64,000 nucleotides of DNA from the human T2T-CHM13v2.0 reference genome, Homo sapiens. Where the stretch lies: assembly GCF_009914755.1 (NCBI RefSeq), contig NC_060937.1; one strand, given 5' to 3'. Position numbers and translations under genes: made by a program. This document shows, piece by piece, positions 57,656 through 64,000 of the stretch (positions are counted from its first letter, which is position 1; every line of letters begins with the position of its first letter). The notes under the pieces are model-generated. The model was given only the letters and a program-made list of their open reading frames with translations, was not told the origin of the DNA and searched no databases.

Positions 57656-58941
57656 TTGAGCTTGTTTCTTTATGAATTCCTGCAACTCAACATTAAAGAC
57701 ATAATATCCCATAGTGATTAATATATCCAATAGTCCTTCCTGACTAAAGGTACAAAGTTAATCCTAGTGTTGTTAATAAGCATGGAAGTCATTATTTATT
57801 CAGTGTCTTCGGTTCAAGCATTGTCTTAAACCAAACTGATTTCCTACTGCAACTGAGTCCTCTAAAAACAGCTTCCTCTAGTGTCCCTATTTGAAGTAGC
57901 AAGTCATTTTTATCTTAATGATGGGCCTCCTAGAACACTACTTCAATTAGATTTAATATCACATGACCAAATCCTGTAATTCTTTCAAAATGCCTGGCAA
58001 AGGGGCCAGTGCTGCTTAACTTGCCACTCATGTAGTTCATATTATGTGCTAATTAAATGTGTCTAGTTTGAAAGCATTGTCTACACCTACAAATAATGTG
58101 CTTCATGAAATTCTCTGTTAGGTATATCCTAGCACCAGATACCGTTTTATCTGGCTGTGCCATAGGCTTCCCTTAAATGTCCTCTACGTACCTCTTGAGG
58201 GAGTTATTTATAATTTTAAAGCATTAAAGCAAACATAAAATCACATTCTCTGAGGCTTTCTAGGTTCTAGTTTTATATTATTTAAATTAATTCCATTTAC
58301 ATTCACACTGATATGTTCAAAGCAACAGACCAGATCAAGCTGTGACATACCAGACAGGCAGCCACTATCTGCTTTCTATCATGACCAGGGAGCTGTCTTA
58401 GCAATGTATCATTTTGATTTATGGCCATATAGGGTGCAGAAATTCTATTCTACAGCATCCTCTGCTCTGTACAATTCATTGGTAGTTTCTCTGGAAAAAA
58501 ATAATCTAGAATGGTAAACAAAGCCTAGAAACTGAGTGATAACTGTAGTCAACTACACACAAGCTGAGTTGTCAGGGGGCACTTTGTCATTTGTTTTATT
58601 CAGATTATACAGGTAGAACATCCAAATCAGTAGGAGTCCAATTTTCCTTTTCTGCAGTAAGCAGGCCAAGAGATTTTCACCAACAAAGCCCATTTGTTTG
58701 GATGACAATAGCAAAAGATAGTTAAGTATGATATCCTCACTCTGAGCTGTTTGCGTGAAAATATTGTAGTGGCTTCCCTCCACGGTAATGTAATCTACTT
58801 ATAAACACCTTTCCCATCTTCTATGATTTTACCCTATTTCCAAACGCTTCCTCCCAATATCAGGCTGTATAACTCATCATGCATAATGTTTGCCCACACA
58901 ATCAATAACAAGAACCTTACTAGCACACCCAAACAAATGTT

Positions 58942-59039
58942 TGGGTTTTATTTGTTTGTTTGTTTAACTTTTATTTTAAGTTCATGGTTACATGTGCAGA
59001 TTTGTTACACAGGTAAACTTGTGTCATGGGGTTTGTTGT
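58942..59039 (-). mobile_element. Extremely 5'-truncated L1PA 3' end
   Basis: ttttaagttcatggttacatgtgcagatttgttacacaggtaaacttgtgtcatggggtttgttg; 12-bp TSD caaacaaatgtt at 58930-58941 and 59040-59051. Confidence 0.88.
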
Positions 59040-59437
59040 CAAACAAATGTTATAAGTGATAGACAAAGGACCTCAGAAGTCTCTCCTCTGTTGATAATGG
59101 AGCTACCTTCACCTTTAGCCCTAATTGGTTACATAGGAAGGAACTTTTGATCCACCACAAATTACCTTTCAGAAAAGGCACAGTCAAATTAAATGACACA
59201 AATATCATGTCTTGGGTATTGTATAATCTTCCTCTGGTGCAAGTAAATTTAAAACTGGGTTTGACACCACCATTAGAGGCCAAATAAAAGTATTAGAGGT
59301 GGGAAAGATATAAAGTTATATATTATTGCATTCTCCTTCACTCCCTCATTACTACCTCTTGATATTAGTAAGGCACAGTGGATTTTGTGATTTATTTCTC
59401 ATATTAGTCTCAGGACGCAATGGTTTCACTAAAGGAA

Positions 59438-59511
59438 CCCTTAATAATTTTTGAGCAAGGGGCCTTGCTTTTCATTTTTCACTGGGTTACAGAAGTTATG
59501 TAGCTGGTCCT
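59438..59511 (+). mobile_element. MER45A (hAT-Tip100) 3' fragment
   Basis: cttaataattttgagcaaggggcc...ttttcatttttcactggg...ttatgtagctggtcct. Confidence 0.7.
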
Positions 59512-59773
59512 TCCTGTTGACATTGGCTGTGTCATTCAGTACAACAGCATGTGTCTTTCAAATGGATTATAGCAAACAGCTGCCACAGGCATATTTTGAG
59601 TCAAAATCCTGAGGAGTCTAAATTGGTGGTCCCATTTAACTCTTCCTAAAGGGCTCTAGTTTGGATATGCCCCAATATCATCTGACCAGTTGGATGGGAT
59701 CATAAGGGCCTAATGTTATTGCCTGTGCTACCACCTACCACAATACTTTTCATGCTTATTTCTATTCAGTACC

Positions 59774-60201
59774 TGCAGTGAGTTAAATGGTGCTCTTCTG
59801 AAATTATTATTCATTCAGAATCTCAGAAGGTGACCTTCTTTAGAAATTTGCACATATAATTTGTTAAGATGAGCTCCTACTAGATTAAGGAGGGTCCTAA
59901 TTCCAATGACTGGAGGTGTTTTTATAAGAAGAGAGGACACATGGAGAAGAAATTGAAAACGAAAGCAGAAATTGGAGTAATAAATCTATAAGTAATAAAG
60001 CTCCAAAAATGTGTAGGAGAGAGTAGAACCTAGGCAGGGGCAAGAAAAGATTTTTTTCTGTGGCTTTTCAAGGAAGCTTGACCCTATTGACTCCTTGGCT
60101 TCAGACTTCTAGCCTCCAGAACTGTGAAATAATAAATTTCAGTTGTTTTAAGCTACCCAGTTTGTGGTAATTTGTTCCAGCAGCCCTAGGAAAGTACTAC
60201 A
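59774..60201 (+). mobile_element. MLT1C/B MaLR solo LTR inserted in ERVL pol
   Basis: gttaagatgag, cctaattccaatgactgg, tcagacttctagcctccagaactgtga, cccagtttgtggtaatttgtt, cagcagccctaggaaa. Confidence 0.85.
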
Positions 60202-60333
60202 ATGCTGTATTCACGTTCTGAACTCTTTCCAGTTATTTTGTGAGTATGGGTAGACAAGATTCTTAGAACAGTCTTGACAGTCTCTGAGTTTATTGCTTAT
60301 TGGTGGGTCCTATGAAAGATAAATTACTTCTCA

Positions 60334-60438
60334 CAGTTTAAGGAATGTCCTAAGTTGATCTGCACTAATTTACAGGATTTAGTTGCAGTTTAAGGAACAT
60401 CCTAAGTTGATTTGTACTAATTTCCAGGAATTAATTTG
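60334..60438. repeat. 52-bp diverged tandem duplication
   Basis: cagtttaaggaa..tcctaagttgat.tg.actaattt.cagga starts at 60334 and again at 60386. Confidence 0.9.
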
Positions 60439-60721
60439 CACCTTGGGCTGTGCCTTAAATTCTAGCTGGATTTATCACCCAGCTTCTATTTGTAATATGG
60501 GTGACTATGGTCCTTAAATCCTCTCCTAATTTTTGCTCTGAGAAGAAAATTATCATCATACCATGAAAGTAGTAGATGAACTCTATCTTTTAGGTTATTC
60601 TTTACCAGATTATGGAAATGTGATAATGAATTTTTTTTAATCCATGATAAGACAGTAAACATGTACTTGTTTCTATTCTGCAAAGCTTAAAATTTTCCTA
60701 CTTGAAATTAAAAAAAAAAAT

Positions 60722-60848
60722 CTTAGGAGGCCCCTGAGATTGGTTTAATGCTCTGTTGTAGCTATCTCGAAATTCTTAATAATTTTTGAGTAAGTATCCA
60801 TGCATTTTCATTTTATACTCAGCTCTATGAATTATGTAGTTAATCTTG
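60722..60848 (+). mobile_element. MER45A (hAT-Tip100) fragment
   Basis: ttggtttaatgctctgttg...gaaattcttaataatttttga...gcattttcattt...aattatgtag. Confidence 0.75.
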
Positions 60849-62905
60849 ATAGCATATCAGAGCCTCTTGTCTACTTTATTTTCTGTACATTCTTCATCAT
60901 ATCAGGTAGAGATGAAGCATGCAAATGAACCACCTTGATACTCTACTGTAAATGTCCAGGGGCTACCTACTTATTGACCAGTTAGAACTACAAAAGGGAA
61001 GTTAATGTGGGGAGGGGAACTTCCTTCTAAACCATTTTCTTAATTACAACAGTAGTCTCTTATTGTGCCCTTGGAATTCTGCATTGCTTAATATTTACTA
61101 CTGTGGAGAGCTTGAGCAATTCCAAAGGATTCCATTTGGCATGGCTAATTAAAATTTGGTGAAGAGTGAGCTCAGTCTTCATCCTCTGTGGAAACACAAA
61201 GACGACAATGTCCCATTCATATTGAATGACAATTGCAATTTTGTATTTATGTGAAGGTAGCACAAGCAGGTAATATTCTCTCCAACCACACATTTCAACC
61301 TGTAACGTCATCTTTACCTTGGTTTCCTCCCTGATGTTCTCTTCATGCACTCCAGATTTCACTTAGAGCATGTATGAGACTCTTTCCTACCTTCCATAAG
61401 GCCTACTGTAAATTCTGCTCTGCATCCTACCAATGATAAGAAACTTTGAATACCACCCCAGGTAACTTTGTTCAAATTATTACATATATGGCCTCAGATC
61501 CATGACTGGGGCTGGAATGAACAGACCTCAGTTCTTTATTTAATTGTTTTCAGATTCTATGGCTTTAATTAAGGCAGTAAACTCAGCCCCCTGTTCAAGT
61601 ATATTCTGTTCTATATCATATCCTCATAATTGGATTTGAACTCTTTCAGCCACAATAAATAAAGCAAATTTTCTATGATTCTTTAAGGGATTGGTGGGGG
61701 CTACAGTACTCCTCTGATTCAAAAGTTGATAATGTGCTTTTACTTTCTTATTAAAAATTCTATCAAGGCTTACTTTTTAAATGCTATTTATATTTTCTTC
61801 AAAAGTAAATTAATTCATTGAGCTGCCTTTCTATTTTCTCTTCTGATTTTTAATTTCTCCCTGTTGTGCACATGATATAAATGCTTTTTCTCCATATAAT
61901 CCCATGTATAGTAACTAAACCTGTATGTTTGTTACTGTTCTCTGAATATATATATTTGGCCCTCAAGGTTATATAAGTCTTGTAAGACAGAGAATCATTA
62001 GCTTATCCCATTCACTCTATCTCTTATTATTTGTATCAATAGCATTAACTAAGGTGTTTTCTCTCTGGAAAATATAAAGCCTGTCAACCTTTACACTTGT
62101 ATCATTCCTATCATGTGAAAAGGAGAATCCAATTGGCAATTTGGAGAGGAGTAGTAGCAGTTACCCTTCTCAGTATAGGACTGACAAATCTCACCTTAAC
62201 AACTGCAGCCGATATGCTGTCACAGTATTTGGAAGTGTTTTCTCAAAAGTTTACAGCCATTTAATGATTAGTCATGACCATGAATAGTCCTTTGCATCAG
62301 ATAATAATAGAATTGCAACATGTCCTCCATCATTAATTTGAAGAATCCATGCCAATGTTAATTCACCAGTCTTCTGTTAGTGAATATTCTGTTCTTTAAT
62401 AAAATATAGTTTTCACTCATCACCTGTCCTTGGACTCTGGTTACATAAATAGTTTGTCCTATAATCAATATTTTGAGTCATTTCAAAAGATACAAGAAAT
62501 TTCTCCAAGAAACCAGGGAGGGATAAGAAGGTTTTCCAGTGAATAAAATGTAATCTTGCAGCTTTTTCTCCCACTATCATCTCCTCCTATTAAAAACTAA
62601 CCTATTAAAAGGTTAGCTTTTACAGGTATGCTAGCAGGAGTCAGTCAATGGGATTTGCACCCAATTTCCCTTTGTCCATGTACTCCCTAGACCCGTACTC
62701 CCAGACTGTAGTCTATGGTCCCCAGATTTCAATGGTAAGACTTATTTCCCTTAACCTGCCTCAAAGATTCCACTACCTCATACCAAAAATGTACAGCCAA
62801 CTATCCTGAGAACAAATTCTCATATTTTTCCATTATTTCCTTTTGAAAAGGAGCCCAGGTAGAAAAAGAAAACATTCACTATTTTGGTGTGTGGGTCTAA
62901 AAGAC

Positions 62906-62924
62906 AATCCTGCTCTCAGTGCCA
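62906..62924 (-). other. Retroviral primer-binding site, tRNA-Ser(CGA)-like
   Basis: - strand TGGCACTGAGAGCAGGATT, 3 nt after the LTR end; 17/19 match to the complement of the recalled tRNA-Ser(CGA) 3' end, TGGCGCTGTGAGCAGGATT. Confidence 0.7.
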
Positions 62925-63559
62925 ATCTGAACCCACAAAAAGCATTGAATTGTCAAATCAGACTCAGATTGAAGATTTTGCTCAGTATCATGCTTTTTGA
63001 ATAATTTCAAAGATAAAATAATCATGTATGGGTTAAGTGGGGAGAGACCTGGGTCCTTTCATCTTCATTGAATGTGGTCTCATCCAAGTTTCTAGATTTG
63101 GTTTCTAAGTAAAATGTACAGTTGCTTTACTTACTCAAGTGTATTCTCAGTTACAAACCATCTCCTTTTATACTTAGACAGCAACACAGCTAACGTGACA
63201 TTTTCTTGGGAATCATCACCCTACATTTATTGATTCCTGGCTTATTTTTCATAAGCAATTTTAGACAACTCCGCATGGTCTGCTAGAAACATTTTATGAA
63301 GAATGATTCTTTGGCCACCAAAAACTATTTAGTTTATTTTCTAAGAGACTTGCATTAATATGTTTGCAGAAAAATTAAACCAGAACACCTGACTTCTTTA
63401 TTTCCCAGGAGTTTTCCTCCACACCTGCCCCCATCAGGGGAGAAAATTGATCAGGAGGTACCACCCCTTTCCACACCATTCTTGAATCTATTCTACAGAA
63501 CTCTCTCACATGGTCTAGCAATATGTTTAAGGTAGAATGCTTTTTCTATCAATATTTCT

Positions 63560-63900
63560 TATGTGTTAAATTTGCATTATTATATATTGACTAGAAATTA
63601 TATATTCATTCTTAAACATTAATCATAATGAATCTAAAAACCTAATTTATTTCAACAAATAAATTTCTCTTTAATTCCTGTCCTCAACATTCTTTTCCTT
63701 AATATTCCTATTGTTACTGTTACAGTTATGAAATCATCTTAATGAAATCACAGCTAGACCAGTGCATTAATTTAAAACAATAGCATCCTTTTTCTATAAC
63801 TTCTTCAAACTTTTCTTCACTGTCGTATAATGATAATTACTCTAAAATGACAATCTGATCATTAAAACTTTAATCATTTACTCTCTGCCAATTTCATAAA
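63560..63900 (+). mobile_element. Probable L2 fragment
   Basis: ctaaaatgacaatctgatcat in a pyrimidine-rich L2-like context. Confidence 0.4.
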
Positions 63901-64000
63901 TAAATATTTGATTCACAGTTGTTATTTCTTCTTCAAAATACATCAAATAATCCACCTTTACGAAAAGCAATTTACTGTTTCATAAATGTGCTTTATTATG

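Larger units (their letters stand above)
57700..61470 (-). pseudogene. Decayed ERVL pro-pol
   Basis: Protease-like WGGIQSFLSLVGCRAEFTV (about 61405-61460); HAKWNPLELLKLSTVVNIKQCRIP (ORF 61060-61362; compare HERV-L AKWKPLELP..IVNQKQYRIP); YMFTVLS...HNLV...LSWYDDNFL (ORF 60486-60683; compare YTFTVLPQG...HNL...HYIDDIML); AITLGPYDP and YNPFERHML (59540-59735); integrase WQV...GPLP with frameshift (57990-58030). Confidence 0.82.

Noticed and set aside
60334-60438. CRISPR-like or other prokaryotic repeat array
   Set aside because: Only two adjacent copies without spacers, in clearly primate DNA.

Overview
AT-rich, CpG-poor primate (human-like) genomic DNA with no recognisable protein-coding gene, RNA gene or CpG island. 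Roughly two-thirds is layered interspersed repeat: old L1M/L2/MIR fragments, a near full-length L1PB (28846-36196, -), Alus, hAT DNA transposons (MER1B, MER58A, MER45A), many solo LTRs, a complete THE1A with perfect TSD (53437-55704), a non-autonomous ERV1-class provirus (19569-26763, -) and, most notably, a very ancient ERVL/class III provirus (about 55997-63475, -) that keeps two heavily diverged LTRs, a tRNA-Ser(CGA)-type primer-binding site and readable protease/RT/RNase H/integrase remnants. The ORF track is explained by chance ORFs and decayed repeat sequence. I found no evidence of a new functional system; the items worth a second look are paleoviral structure, nested insertions that give relative dates, and several fold-back (template-switch) insertion scars. 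Repeat family names come from recalled consensus sequences and need Dfam/RepeatMasker confirmation.
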